From Leucoraja erinacea (lineage: Eukaryota): a stretch of DNA of 64,000 bases. The stretch covers positions 21,762,001-21,826,000 of the forward strand of contig NC_073407.1 in NCBI RefSeq assembly GCF_028641065.1. The letters run 5' to 3'. Positions 50,431 to 62,499 of the stretch are shown piece by piece. The stretch's first letter is position 1; each line of letters opens with the position of its first letter. The notes beneath the pieces were generated by a model. It had not been told where the DNA came from. It searched no databases and saw nothing but the letters and a program-made list of their open reading frames with translations. The position numbers and the translations under genes were made by a program.

Positions 50431-50685
50431 TAGAAACATAGAAACATAGAAATTAGGTGCAGGAGTAGGCCATTCGGCCCTTCGAGCCTGCACCACCATT
50501 TAATATGATCATGGCTGATCATCCAACTCAGTATCCTGTACCTGCCTTCTCTCCATACCCCCTGATCCCTTTAGCCACAAGGGCCACATCTAACTCCCTC
50601 CTAAATATAGCCAATGAACTGGCCTCAACTACCTTCTGTGGCAGAGAATTCCACAGATTCACCACTCTCTGTGTGAAAAATGATT
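50431..50685 (-). mobile_element. Young CR1 3' tail
   Basis: Matches the other young copies. Confidence 0.88.
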
Positions 50686-51225
50686 TCAAGAGTCAAGAGT
50701 CAAGAGTCAATTTAATTGTCATTTGGACCCCTGGGGGTCCAAACGAAATGCCGTTTCTGCAGCCATACATTACACACAAATAGACCCCAGACACAACATG
50801 ATTACATTTAACATAAACATCCATCACATAACTGTGATGGAAGGCCAAAAAAAAACTTCTCTCTCCACTGCACTCTCCCCCCCCCGATCTCAGAGTCAAA
50901 GTCAAAGCCCCCGGCTGGCGATGGCGATTGTCCCGCGGCCATTGAAGCCACGCCGGGTGGTGCGAGGTCGCACACCGGGTCTTGGTGTTGGAGCCCCCGG
51001 CGTGCGCTCGCAAAGTCCCGCGGCCGTTCCAGCCGCGCGGGGCAGTGGTGTTAGGCCCCGCTCCAGGAGCTCTTCGACCCCGCAACACGGGCGGGAGAAT
51101 TCGCCGTTGCAGGAGCCCCGAAAAGCAGTCTCCCTCCAGGGAGCCGCGCGGGGTCGTCCGAGCCGTCCGCAGACCCGCAGTAGCAGCCCCCGACTCAGCA
51201 GCAGCAGCGGTGGAAGAGCCCACAA
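50686..51225 (-). mobile_element. Unclassified GC/CpG-rich retroelement 3' end
   Basis: (tcaagag)3 tandem tail, hairpin tttggacccc/ggggtccaaa next to the tail, CpG-rich body. Confidence 0.5.
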
Positions 51226-53321
51226 TAGATTAAATCAACTCCACTAATTGATCATTACATAAATTGGAAATAGATGAGCTTCAAGTATTGGGTATTGCAG
51301 GAGTCCACTGATTAAAACTTGCCAACCCATTTATTCCTATTCCAACACGAAATGTCACCTATACATTTTTCTCCAGAGATGCTGCCTGACCCACTGAGAT
51401 ACTTCCCACCTTCCCCTCAGCTCACAATGAACCATTCTACATTTCCTTATCATCATCTGCTTTGATCTCTCGTTCCAACCTTACCCTTCCATATTTCTAG
51501 ACTACCTCTCCCCCGACTCTCAGTCTGAAGAAGGGTCTCGACCCAAAACGTCACCTGGTCCTTCTCTCCAGAGATGCTGCCTGTCCCGCTGAGATTCTCC
51601 AGCACTGTGGGTCTATCTGCGAGGTGCACAAGCACTTTGTGTCTATCTTCCACCAATGGATAGACGGACTCTATGATAGAAGAATCCAACGCAAACTCTG
51701 GTAGGAATGATACAAGGGTTTTCTCGAGCCCGCTCGAGAGCCTTGAGCTTTCCAGCTGTTTCTCGTGTGCAGGTGTGCTTGTTCAAGCTGCCTTTATCTT
51801 CCAGCCAATCTGAGATCAAGGACTTCAAACAGCTGAGGCACAAGCCTGCAATCTTTCAAATGATACCCACTGCACAGGAGTGAAGTTGCAATCAATAAAG
51901 CACAAATTAAATAAAAAGCACCAACTCATCCCAGGATGGCGTGGTGCCGTGCTGGTATCAGCTTCTGTTATGTACAAACCATGAAGCAGTGCAAATTTAT
52001 CTTTAGGATCATATCATCGTCCCGCACACTGACATATTGTGAAAAGCTTTGTTATAGAGTCCTAGAGTCATACAGGCCCTTCATCCCGACTTGCCAACAC
52101 CAACAAACATGTCCCATCTACACTTGTCCCATCTACACTACTCTCACCTGCCTGCATTTGGCCCATTCCCTCCAAACCTGTCCTATCCAAGTCTAAATGT
52201 AGTCATTGTAGTAAATGCCTACTATGTTCTGCGTGCTGAAGCAAAGCAAGAATGTCATTGTCCTATACAGGGACACATGACAATAAACTCACTTGAACTT
52301 GAAATGTTTCACTTGCTATTCAATCAAATCAGATAACACTGTACATGGCCACAAGCGAGCCGTACTCATGTATAATAGGCAGAGCAATGGGAAGATACGC
52401 AGTGCAGAATATCAGTTCTCAGCATTGTCGAGCAAGGGTTCCAGAGACAAAATCCAATGTCCGCAATGGGGTATATGTGAATTGGACCGCACCCTAGCTC
52501 ATGGAAGGACCACTCAGAAACCCGATGACAGAGGGGAAGAAGCTGCTCCAGAGACCAATGTTGAGAAAGGAACTGCAGATGCTGGTTTACACCAAAGATG
52601 GACACAAAATGCTGGAGTAACTCAGCGGGTCAGGGTGAGTTGCTCCAGCATTTTGTGTCCCTTCTCTCCAGAGATGCTGCCCGTCTTGCCGAATTACTCC
52701 AGTATTCAGTGTCTACCCTGGCTGCTGCTGTGTGGACCGCCTGTGCCCAGTGTGAGCTGCTGAATGTGTCCACTGCAACTCACAAGCTGCACCACACCTG
52801 CCCGCCAGCCGCAGCTGCTTCTGCCTTCAAAGCTCGACTCCACCGCTGGCTTTGAAAGCGGAACAAACAAAACCACACAGTTTGAGAAAGCAGGTGTTGT
52901 GTCTGCAGTGATAGTGTCTGTTTCACGGGGGCTGCTCTCTCTCTCTCCCAAACTTACTGCATCAAAGCCAGCTGACATCCGGCTGACCGAGACTGCTCTG
53001 CCCACGACCCACTTCATGTCTGCAAAGCTCTGGAGATCTCCACTGCCGCCCAGGTGTACAGGTCCAGGTACACTGGCTGCTCCTGAGCCGACACACAGTA
53101 CGGGGAGATGTGTAACCAGAGAGTTAGATAGAGCTCTAGGGGCTAGTGGAGTCAAGGGATATGGGGAGGAGGCAGGCACGGGTTATTGATAGGGGACGAT
53201 CAGCCATGATCACAATGAATGGCGCTGCTGGCTCGAAGGGCCGAATGGCCTCCTCCTGCACCTATTTTCTATGTTTCTATGATGTCGACCTTGAAATATA
53301 TCTACATCACAGGATTGCCAA

Positions 53322-53632
53322 GGGCGGCATTGTGGCGCAGCGGTAGAGTTGCTGCCTTACAGCGTTACAGCATCAGAGAGCCAGGTTCAATCCTGACTGC
53401 GGGTGCTTCTCTGGATGGAGTTTGTACGTTCTCCCCAATGGCATGGCCCCCATGGGTTTTGCCCAGATCTTCGGTTTCCTCCCGCACTTCAAAGACGTAC
53501 AGGTTTGCAGGTTAATTGGCTTGGTATGAATGAAAATTGTCCCTAGTGTGTGTAGGATAGTGTTAGTGTGCAGGGATCGCTGGTCCGTGCAGATTTGGTG
53601 GGCCGAATGTCCTGTTTCCACGCTGTATCACG
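53322..53632 (+). mobile_element. V-SINE (HE1-like), full length
   Basis: gggcggcattgtggcgcagcggtagagttgctgcc head to tail. Confidence 0.85.
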
Positions 53633-54206
53633 AAACATGGAAATTACGTTCAGCAAAGGGGGGGGGTTTGGTGAGTTAGATTTGGTTTAGTTTAGTTTAT
53701 TGTCACGTGGTACGAGGTACAGTTAAAAGCTTTTGTTGCGTGCTAACCAGTCAGCAGAAAGACAGTACATGATTCACAGATACATGATAAAGGGAATTAC
53801 ATTTAGTTCAGGTGGACTAAGACACTACTTGAGAACTAAGAGTGAATTGTCATTGTCCATTGCAACTTAAAATTCTATTCTTGTGAAATTTTCCAGGATG
53901 ATTTGCAAAGATAAAGGTGCAATTTCAATGCAACTCAATTAAAAGTATTCAATAACACAAATTAAAGTGGCAGCTTCCTACTAATTAACTCTTCCCCTCA
54001 ATGCCCTAGTCATGTGTAACATGCCTTTCCCACCCACTGCAGTACACAACAATCCTTCTCTACCTGAAACCAGCAAAATCAGAAATGACCGAGGAATAAT
54101 GTCGTCCGTCTCAGAATCACTGGTTGGCTCAGCTGTAGAAACTGTACCCCAGTGTGTGTGTGTGTGTGGGACCTGTACCCCAGTGTGGGTCTGTGTGTGT
54201 GTGGCC

Positions 54207-54427
54207 NNNNNNNNNNNNNNNNNNNNNNNNNNNNNNNNNNNNNNNNNNNNNNNNNNNNNNNNNNNNNNNNNNNNNNNNNNNNNNNNNNNNNNNNNNNNNN
54301 NNNNNNNNNNNNNNNNNNNNNNNNNNNNNNNNNNNNNNNNNNNNNNNNNNNNNNNNNNNNNNNNNNNNNNNNNNNNNNNNNNNNNNNNNNNNNNNNNNNN
54401 NNNNNNNNNNNNNNNNNNNNNNNNNNN
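54207..54427. other. Assembly gap (N) inside a (GT)n-ggacctgtacccca repeat
   Basis: Run of N with the same repeat unit on both sides (54140-54452). Confidence 1.
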
Positions 54428-54584
54428 GTCAGTGTGTGTGTGTGGGACCTGTTTCTGGTTAACTGCTTGCTAGTTTTGTCCACCCTAAACAAGGGTGAAC
54501 ATTGATCAAAAGTACCTTGACACCTGCAAACGTATGAAAGGTGTGATGTGAATCCCTATTCTCCGTTTACTTTATATTTAGAAG

Positions 54585-55105
54585 ATTGTGTTCATTTATC
54601 GGGATGCATCACAGCTTGGTTTGGGAACAGCTCCATGCAAGAGCGCAAGAAATCGCAGTGAATTGTGGACGCAGCCCAGACCATCATCCCTTCCATTGAC
54701 ACCATTTATACCTCACGCTGCCTCGGCAAGGCCAGCAGCATCATCTCGGAGGAGTTGCACCCCGGCCACTCCCTCTTCTTCCCTCTCCCATCAGGCACAA
54801 GGTACAGAAGTGTGAAAACGCACACATCCAGATTCAGAGACAGTTTCTTCCCAGCTGTTATCAGGCAACTGAATCATCCTACCACAACTAGAGAGCGGTC
54901 CAGAACTACTATCTACATCATTGGTGACCCACGGACTATCTTTGTTTGGACTTTTACCTTGCACTACACATTATTCCCTCATCATGTATCTGTACACTGT
55001 AAATGGCTCAGTTGTAATCATGTATTGTCATTCCACTGACTGGTTGGCACGCAACAAATGCTTTCCACTGTACCGATTCCACATATGACTATAAACAAAA
55101 CTGAA
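54585..55105 (+). mobile_element. Rex1/Babar-type LINE 3' fragment
   Basis: GCITAWFGNSS..VDAAQTI..PSIDTIYTSRCLGKASSII..HPGHSLFFPLPSG.RYRSVKTHTSRFRDSFFPAVIRQLN. Confidence 0.8.
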
Positions 55106-55782
55106 AGTGACATCTCCATCAATACAAGTGAATGATATTTCTGGTCACCACACTACCACTTTATCCTGGAAACACTGGGAACCTTATTCCCAATCCATCC
55201 AGGTCCCACCCATGTTCACCTCCCCACCATCTCCAGAGTGAGTTGTGCAGTTCCAGTTCGCAGCTTGCTACCCCCTGGTCACTATTTGGCCAAACTGCTC
55301 CCGACTCCTCCGCACCACTGATGATGAAAAGTCAGTCCAATGAAGCGTTATCCTTCAGTTCATTTCCCTCAGTGGGAGGTAGGTGTACGTTGCCTATTTC
55401 CTTCGCTCCATAGATGCTGCCGAACCTGCTGAGGTTTCTCCAGCACTTTGTCTATCTTAAACTGTGACCCCTGGTTCTGGACTCCCCCCAACATCGGGAA
55501 AATTTTTCCTGCGTCTACCCTGTCCAATCCTCTAAGAATTTTATATGTTTCCATGAGATCCCCACTCATCCTAAATTCCAGTGATTACAAGACCAGTCGA
55601 CCATTTCTTTAGACCAGAGATGAAGGGCGTGCGTCTAGTGTGATCGCTACGAGGTGACTTCAACAGCTAGAATCCTACGGAAGATGGTAGGGGAGCTCAC
55701 TCTAAGTAAGGGGAGTGATGGAGAGGAGGAGAAGAAGTCCAGATAATGGCTGAATGTGTCTTGCGACAGAGATTTGCCAGAA

Positions 55783-56175
55783 CATAGAAACATAGACATA
55801 GAAACATAGAAAATAGGTGCAGGAGTAGGCCATTCGGCCCTTCGAGCCTGCACCGCCATTCATGGCTGATCATCCAACTCAGTATCCCATACCTGCCTTC
55901 TCTCCATACCCCCTGATCCCTTTAGCCACAAGGGCCACGTCTAACTCCCTTTTAAATATAGCCAATGAACTGTGGCCTCAACTACCTTCTGTGGCAGAGA
56001 ATTCCACAGATTCACCACTCTCTGTGTGAAAAATGTTTTTCTCATCTCGGTCCTAAAAGATTTCCCCCTTATCCTTAAACTGTGACCCCTAGTTCTGGAC
56101 TTCCCCAACATCGGGAACAATCTTCCTGCATCTAGCCTGTCCAACCCGTTAAGAATTTCGTAAGTTTCTATAAGA
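55783..56175 (-). mobile_element. Young CR1 3' fragment
   Basis: LIETYEILNGLDRLDAGRLFPMLGKSRTRGHSLRIRG; tail repeats. Confidence 0.9.
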
Positions 56176-56571
56176 ACAAACCCACGCTTGCCTTTAAAGG
56201 GCAAGAGCACACAGAGAGAGTTGTGCAGCTCTGCTCCCTCCTGTGGGCGGCTAGCTATTCCAAATAAGCCAACGGAAATGTCAAAGGCAAAACGTGTAAT
56301 GGATGTCATGCATCTCCAATCCCGGGCATAAAGAGTCGAGTTGTTCCAAACATTCCCAACTGCTCTACATGTCATGAGCAGATTATTCCACTCAGAGACG
56401 ATAGAATGCCTGGGGAACAATACTTTCAGAACAGGACATGTTGTTTTTAGAATCTGCTGCTGCGAGTCGGTCATGGCTGGATGCTGGAGTTTGCCCAACA
56501 CAACCCCCACAGTCATCATCCTGGCTAATGGTGGCCGATTAGGAAAAGGGACCTGGGTGTCATGGTACACC

Positions 56572-57268
56572 AGTCATTGAAAGTAGGCATGCAGGTGCAG
56601 CAGGCAGTGAAGAAAGCAAATGGTATGTTAGCATTCATAGCAAAAGGATTTGAGTATAGGAGCAGGGAGGTTCTACTGCAGTTGTACAGGGTCTTGGTGA
56701 GACCACACCTGGAGTATTGGGTACAGTTTTGGTCTCCTAATCTGAGGAAATACATTCTTGCCATAGAGGGAGTACAGAGAAGGTTCACCAGACTGATTCC
56801 TGGGATGTCAGGACTTTCATATGAAGAAAGACTGGATAGACTCGGTTTGTACTCACTAGAATTTAGAAGATCGAGGGGGGATCTTATAGAAACTTACAAA
56901 ATTCTTAAGGGGTTGGACAGGCTAGATGCAGGAACATTGTTCCCGATGTTGGGGAAGTCCAGGACAAGGGGTCACAGTTTAAGGATAAGGGGAAAATCTT
57001 TTAGGACCGAGATGAGAAAAACATTTTTCACACAGAGAATGGTGAATCTGTGGAATTCTCTGCCACAGAAGGTAGTTGAGGCCACAGTTCATTGGCTATA
57101 TTTAAGAGGGAGTTAGATGTGGCCCTTGTGGCTAAAGGGATCAGGGGGTATGGAGAGAAGGCAGGTACAGGATACCGAGTTGGATGATCAGCCATGATCA
57201 TATTGAACGGCGGTGCAGGCTCGAAGGGCCGAATGGCCTACTCCTGCACCTATTTTCTATGTTTCTAT
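56572..57268 (+). mobile_element. Young CR1 3' fragment (longest copy)
   Basis: ORF 56562-57116 RT C-terminus (AVKKANGMLAFI..LVRPHLEY.VQFWSP). Confidence 0.93.
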
Positions 57269-57665
57269 TCAGGGACTTTCCCTGCACACTAGGGAGGTAT
57301 GGTTACCCTAACAGCCCACACCGTGGTCAGACTACACCTCGAGGAGCCTGTGCTATTCTGGTTGCCCAGCCATGAAAAGGACTAAGTTGCTCTGAGTCCA
57401 AGAACTATTTATAAAGACCATGCAGAAATTTGCAAGGAGAATTACACTTCAGAAAGGGTGAACAGTCTTCCATCTTGATCCAATTAGCTCCAATAAACAT
57501 CTTTGAAATTCTGAAAGGTTTCATAGGAACAGAATTAGGCCATTCGGCCTATCATTCGGTCTACTCTGCCATTCAATCATGGCTGATCTATCTCTCCCTC
57601 CTAACCACAGTCTCCTGCCTTCCCCCATAACCCCTGACATCTGTACTAATCAGGAATCTCTCTAT

Positions 57666-57921
57666 GGTAAACAAAAATGCTGGAGAAACTCAGCGGGTGC
57701 AGCAGCATCTATGGAGCGAAGGAAATGGGCAACGTTTCGGGCCGAAACCTTCTGAAGAAGAGTTTCGGCCCGAAACGTTGCCTATTTCCTGAAATGGTTC
57801 CTATTCGGCCCGAAACGTTGCCTATTTCCTTCGCTCCATAGGTGCTGCTGCACTCGCTGAGTTTCTCCAGCAATTTTGTGTACCTTCGATTTTCCAGCAT
57901 CTGTAGTTCCTTCTTAAACAA
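57666..57921. mobile_element. Palindromic PLE-derived insert within a CR1 tail
   Basis: 12-bp TSD gaatctctctat at 57654-57665 and 57922-57933; hammerhead-like core at 57752-57779. Confidence 0.8.
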
Positions 57922-58334
57922 GAATCTCTCTATCTCTGCCTTAAAAATATCAGCGGACAGTGATGAAACTTGAGACCATCAGGACAGACCAGTCAGCAAG
58001 AAATTAAACGTGGGATTCAAAGAGACCTCTTTACCCAGCGATGTGGGGAGAAGGCGGAACTTTCTGCCACGGATGTGGTTATGGCAAGCAGCGTTCATGC
58101 CTCGGAGGCTTTCTAACTTCTTGACCCAGCAACAAATGTGGTACAAAGTGCCAAATAGCCCTTAACGTCAAACCCCAGGGAAAGTTTGTGCCTGGGAGAT
58201 TTCATTGGGATTTTTCAAACTATTAGAGAAATGATGAACATTCTGCTATCACGTTGACGGTCGTGAGGGCACGGTTATGCTAAAGAACAGGTCAATTCCT
58301 CGCCTGTGAGAAAAGACAGAACTTCAACTGGTGT

Positions 58335-58646
58335 AGAAAGGAACTGCAGATGCTGGTTTACACCAAAGATAGACATAAAGTGCTGGAGTACCTCAGCTGG
58401 GTTATGCACCATCTCTGGAGAATAAGGCTGGGTGACATTTAGGGTCGGGACCCTTCTTCAGACTGACTGTAGAGGGGAGGGAACTAGAGGTAGGAAAAGG
58501 CCAGAAAAAAACCTCAGAATCGGCGACAGATGACTAAGGAAGGGTGGAGCCCACAATGGCCCATTGTTGGCTGGGGAAGAGGTGGTAACAAAGGGTTACA
58601 AAGATGCGAACAGTACAACTAGTAGGACGACTAAGGGGGGGGGGGT

Positions 58647-58709
<63 letters not shown>

Positions 58710-58800
58710 ATGCAGGAGTTACTTGAAATTAGAGAAATCAACATTCATACCGCTGGGTTGTAATCTGCACAAGCGAAACATGATGTACTGTTCCTTCAAT
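58335..58800 (-). mobile_element. Penelope-like element 3' end: GIY-YIG C-terminus, 3' UTR and degenerate hammerhead
   Basis: Minus strand LKEQYIMFRLCRLQPSGMNVDFSNFK*, then poly-C tract, UTR, gtctgaagaagggtcccgaccc and the standard tail. Confidence 0.8.
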
Positions 58801-59204
58801 AACATCAGGAGGTTACATGGAGACAGTTCAAACAATGGAGCTGATGTACGAGTGTGTGCCATAAGTCAGGTCCTGTAACAGTTAGATCAATACGGGTCTG
58901 AGCCCGAGAAAACAAACGTGGCTGTGGTAACGGGTCTGGGCCCGAGAAAACATCTGCACCTTGGCTTAAATGCCTTGGTTAGGTCAATACCTTGGCTTAC
59001 ATTCTGGGCCACTGGGTTATTTCAAAAGCTGACAACTCTTAGCATGAGTAAGGGCAGTGAGCAACAGGAACTAAATACCAAACTAATTGTCCTGTCTCTA
59101 TTCCCTGGAGCATACATCCAAATCTCTTCATCAATGGAGAATTTGAACATTGTTTATCAGTTATGGAGGGAGACTGCACTGTAACTCACAATCCCACCCA
59201 TGAG

Positions 59205-59690
59205 AGGTGGGAGCTGGTGTTGAGGTGGGAGCTGGTGTTGAGCTGGGAGCTGGGAGTGTTGGGACCTGGTGTTGAGGTGGGACCTGGTGTTGTGGTGGGA
59301 CCTGGTGTTGTGGTGGGACCTGGTGTTGAGGTGGGAGCTGGTGTTGAGGTGGGACCTGGTGTTGAGGTGGGAGCTGGTGTTGTGGTGGGACCTGGTGTTG
59401 AGCTGGGAGCTGGTGTTGAGGTGGGACCTGGTGTTGAGGTGGGACCTGGTGTTGTGGTGGGACCTGGTGTTGAGCTGGGAGCTGGGAGCTGGTGTTGAGG
59501 TGGGGGCTGGTGTTGAGGGGGGACCTGGTGTTGAGGTGGGACCTGGTGTTGAGGTGGGAGCTGGTGTTGAGGTGGGACCTGGTGTTGAGGTGGGAGCTGG
59601 TGTTGAGCTGGGAGCTGGTGTTGAGCTGGGAGCTGATGTTGAGGTGGGACCTGGTGTTGAGCTGGGAGCTGGGAGCTGGTGTTGAGGTGC
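59205..59690. repeat. 18-bp minisatellite, roughly 26 variant units
   Basis: Units gaggtgggacctggtgtt / gtggtgggacctggtgtt / gagctgggagctggtgtt. Confidence 0.95.
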
Positions 59691-59924
59691 AAGGCTCACT
59701 ATGTCAGTGGATGGGCAGAGGAGAATTGATATTCCTGTAGCCCAGTCAACTCAGACACTCAGACGGAGAAAAACCAAAGCCCAGAAATGCACAAAGTCAC
59801 CAAATGCCCTGGAATGTTGACGATCAAGTAGTGATTTCATCAAAGCTTTCATGACAGGGCAGATGGAGCAAGGGAAGCCAGGAACTTAGGATGAAATGAA
59901 ACTTTCAAGGAATGAAGTTAGTTC

Positions 59925-60365
59925 ATAAGTCATAGTAGCAGAATTAGGCCATTCAGCCCATTGAGTCTACTCCGCCATTCAATCATGGCTGATCTATCTT
60001 TCCCTCTCAACCCCATTCTCCTGCCTTCTCCCCGTAACTCCTGACACCCGTACCAATCGAGAATCTATCTATCTCTGCCTAAAGAATACCCCAATGGCTA
60101 GCCCTCCACAGCAGCCTGTGGTAATGTATCCTACTGGTTCACCACCCTCAGAAATTGCTCCTCGTCTCCTTTCTATAGGTACATGCTTTTGTCCTGAGAC
60201 TGCGCCCTCTAGCTCCATACTCAGCCACTTTGTGGAAACATCTTCTCCACGTCCCCTCTCTCCAGGCCTTTCACTTTTCCATAAGTTTCGATGAGGTCCC
60301 CCCCCTCCTCCTTCTAAACTCCAGCGAGGACTGGGCCCAGTGCTGTCAAACGCTCATCATATGTT
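59925..60365 (-). mobile_element. Older CR1 3' fragment
   Basis: Reverse-complement CR1 3' UTR and RT tail. Confidence 0.75.
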
Positions 60366-60949
60366 ATGAAACATTTTTGTGAGCAAGAGGCGGTGGAAAT
60401 TGAAGAACGGGCCACCTAGTCGTGGACAGCACACTCTTCAGGAAAGGAACATGTTAATATTGGTTGGCAAGTGTTTAGGGTTGGTAAACATCAGTAGAAT
60501 GTAGTACAAACACAGTCTTGTTTTCTTCTGGCTACCCGTCGGTCTTCTGCAAATGCCAGCTGGCAGTTTTTGGAGACGGTTCGGGGACTCATGCTATGCC
60601 AGAGGCCTCAGGTGCCTCAGCTTCCCGAACAGGGGTTGGAGGACAGAGCGAGATCGGTAGGAGGAGTACAAGGTGGCATCTGGAGAGGCTGAACGATGGC
60701 AGCTCGGGGGAAAGGGGAAGTGGAGAATGACTCTTGTGACTCCACTCTCCTGGCCAGAGAATGGGCTGGTGAAGGAACACAAAAAAGCTGGAGAAACTCA
60801 GCGGGTGCAGCAGCATCTATGGAGCGAAGGAAATAGGCAACGTTTCGGGCCCGAAACCCTTCTTCAGACTGATAGGGGGTGGCGGGGAGAAGATGTTCCT
60901 CAGTAGCCCCATCCTCTGCTTTTGCGGTTGCAGCTGGTCAGTGTTCCAC

Positions 60950-61263
60950 TTTAGTTTTGTCTGGAGATACAGCGCGGAAACAGGCCCTTCGGCCCACCGG
61001 GTCCGTGCCGACCAGCGATCCCCCACATATTAACACTATCCTACACACACCAGCGACAATTGTTTTTTTTACATTTACCAAGCCAATTTACCTAAATACC
61101 TGTACGTCTTTGGAGTGTGGGAGGAAACTGGAGATCCCGGAGAAAACGAGGTCACGGGAAGAACGTAAAACTCCGTACAGACAGCGCCCGTGGTCAGGAT
61201 CGAACCCGGATCTCCGGTGCGGCAATCGCTGTAAGGCAGCAACTCTACCCCTGCGCCACCGTG
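60950..61263 (-). mobile_element. V-SINE (HE1-like), full length
   Basis: Reverse-complement head, V-domain and tail. Confidence 0.85.
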
Positions 61264-61316
61264 GATGCCCACTTTAGCACGAGCGGGAAGGTCATGTGAC
61301 GTTTGTCTGCCCCCAT

Positions 61317-61362
<46 letters not shown>

Positions 61363-61671
61363 GTTGCTGCATGTGGGACCAGCTCATGTTTGTTGGCAAA
61401 ATTCACCTCATGGAAACAATACTGGTCCTCCTTAGTTTTCCTTGGCCAAAGATGTAAATTTGCGCCTTAGTTCTTTGAGGTGACAGGGTCCCATCCATCG
61501 GGAGAGTGAGAGGGAGAGGCAAGGTTAGAGGTGGAGGGGTGATCCTGGAGTCCTGTTGTGGACAGACTGCAACAAACACCTCAGGGCACTGGAGAACCAC
61601 CGCCAAAACCATCTCCCCAAACTCCTACAACCAATTGTCAATGCCCTGTACCAGCTGGTATCGCTGACACC

Positions 61672-62175
61672 AAGGGTCGCCAACTATCTCACTCCCAAGT
61701 AAAAGGGACAAAAGGTCAAAATAAGGGACAAATTCCCGACGGCAATTCGTTGACTGACTCGGCCGTGGCTTGGTGAATGGTGAGTTGGCCCCGGGTGCTG
61801 GACTGCACACAAAGCCCAGCCGGCGGGCCAGCTGAAGAGTTTTGGTCCAGCGCCCCGTCCAACTCAAGAACCGATGATCGGCCGTGAGAAGGAGGGGGGG
61901 TGGTGGTGGTGGTGTCGGCGGTAAGCGAAGGTACGAAGGTCGGACAGCTGGCCGGCTGCCCACCCACGGGGCCTCAGGCGAGGTGCTGCTGCTGCACTCC
62001 ATGAGCTGCACTACGTCGGGACGGGTGAGGCGGGGACGGACGCGGCGCTCCGACCCGACAGTCCTCCTCGACCCATGTAGTAGCAGTCAAATACGGGACA
62101 AGGGCGGTCTCGTACGGGGCAAACCAATTTAGCGCAATATACGGGATGTCCCGGCTAATACTGTTGGCAACCCTA
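61672..62175. mobile_element. hAT (Blackjack-like) non-autonomous element
   Basis: TIR (t/a)agggt(t/c)gccaac; subterminal acgggac/agggaca repeats; imperfect 8-bp TSD ctgacacc / gtgacatc. Confidence 0.7.
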
Positions 62176-62499
62176 GTGACATCCAAACTGTGATCACCAC
62201 AGCACACAGCACAGATGGAGGAATAGAAGAAGCCCTTCAACGCCAGACTTAAAATCTCCTTGGTTAAAATGTCACCTTGGCAATGACTCTGAAGACTCCC
62301 TGGCCAGTGACTGAACAAGATGGAGACGGAGCACTTGGCAAGGCTCTGAATTCCTCGAGTCTCGACAGTGGGACCATGCCAAGGTCAGTTGCCCAGTACA
62401 AGGATGCTCTACATCATAAAGGGCCCATGCCAGCCCTGCCAGCCATGACTGCCCACCCTGTGAGAGAGTCCGTGGGTCTCACACGGCACCATGCATGAG

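Noticed and set aside
50693-51247. GC-rich ORFs of about 175 aa on both strands, or a CpG-island promoter
   Set aside because: They lie within a repeat with a retroelement-type tail; no recognisable domain.
52820-52870. Inverted TTCAAAG/CTTTGAA (TCF/SOX-like) sites as an intron 1 enhancer
   Set aside because: Short motifs expected by chance; no conservation or chromatin data to support a call.
59157-59740. Overlapping repetitive ORFs (PTSTPG, VEVGPG, QHQ)
   Set aside because: Translations of an 18-bp minisatellite; no Gly-X-Y collagen periodicity and no splice evidence.
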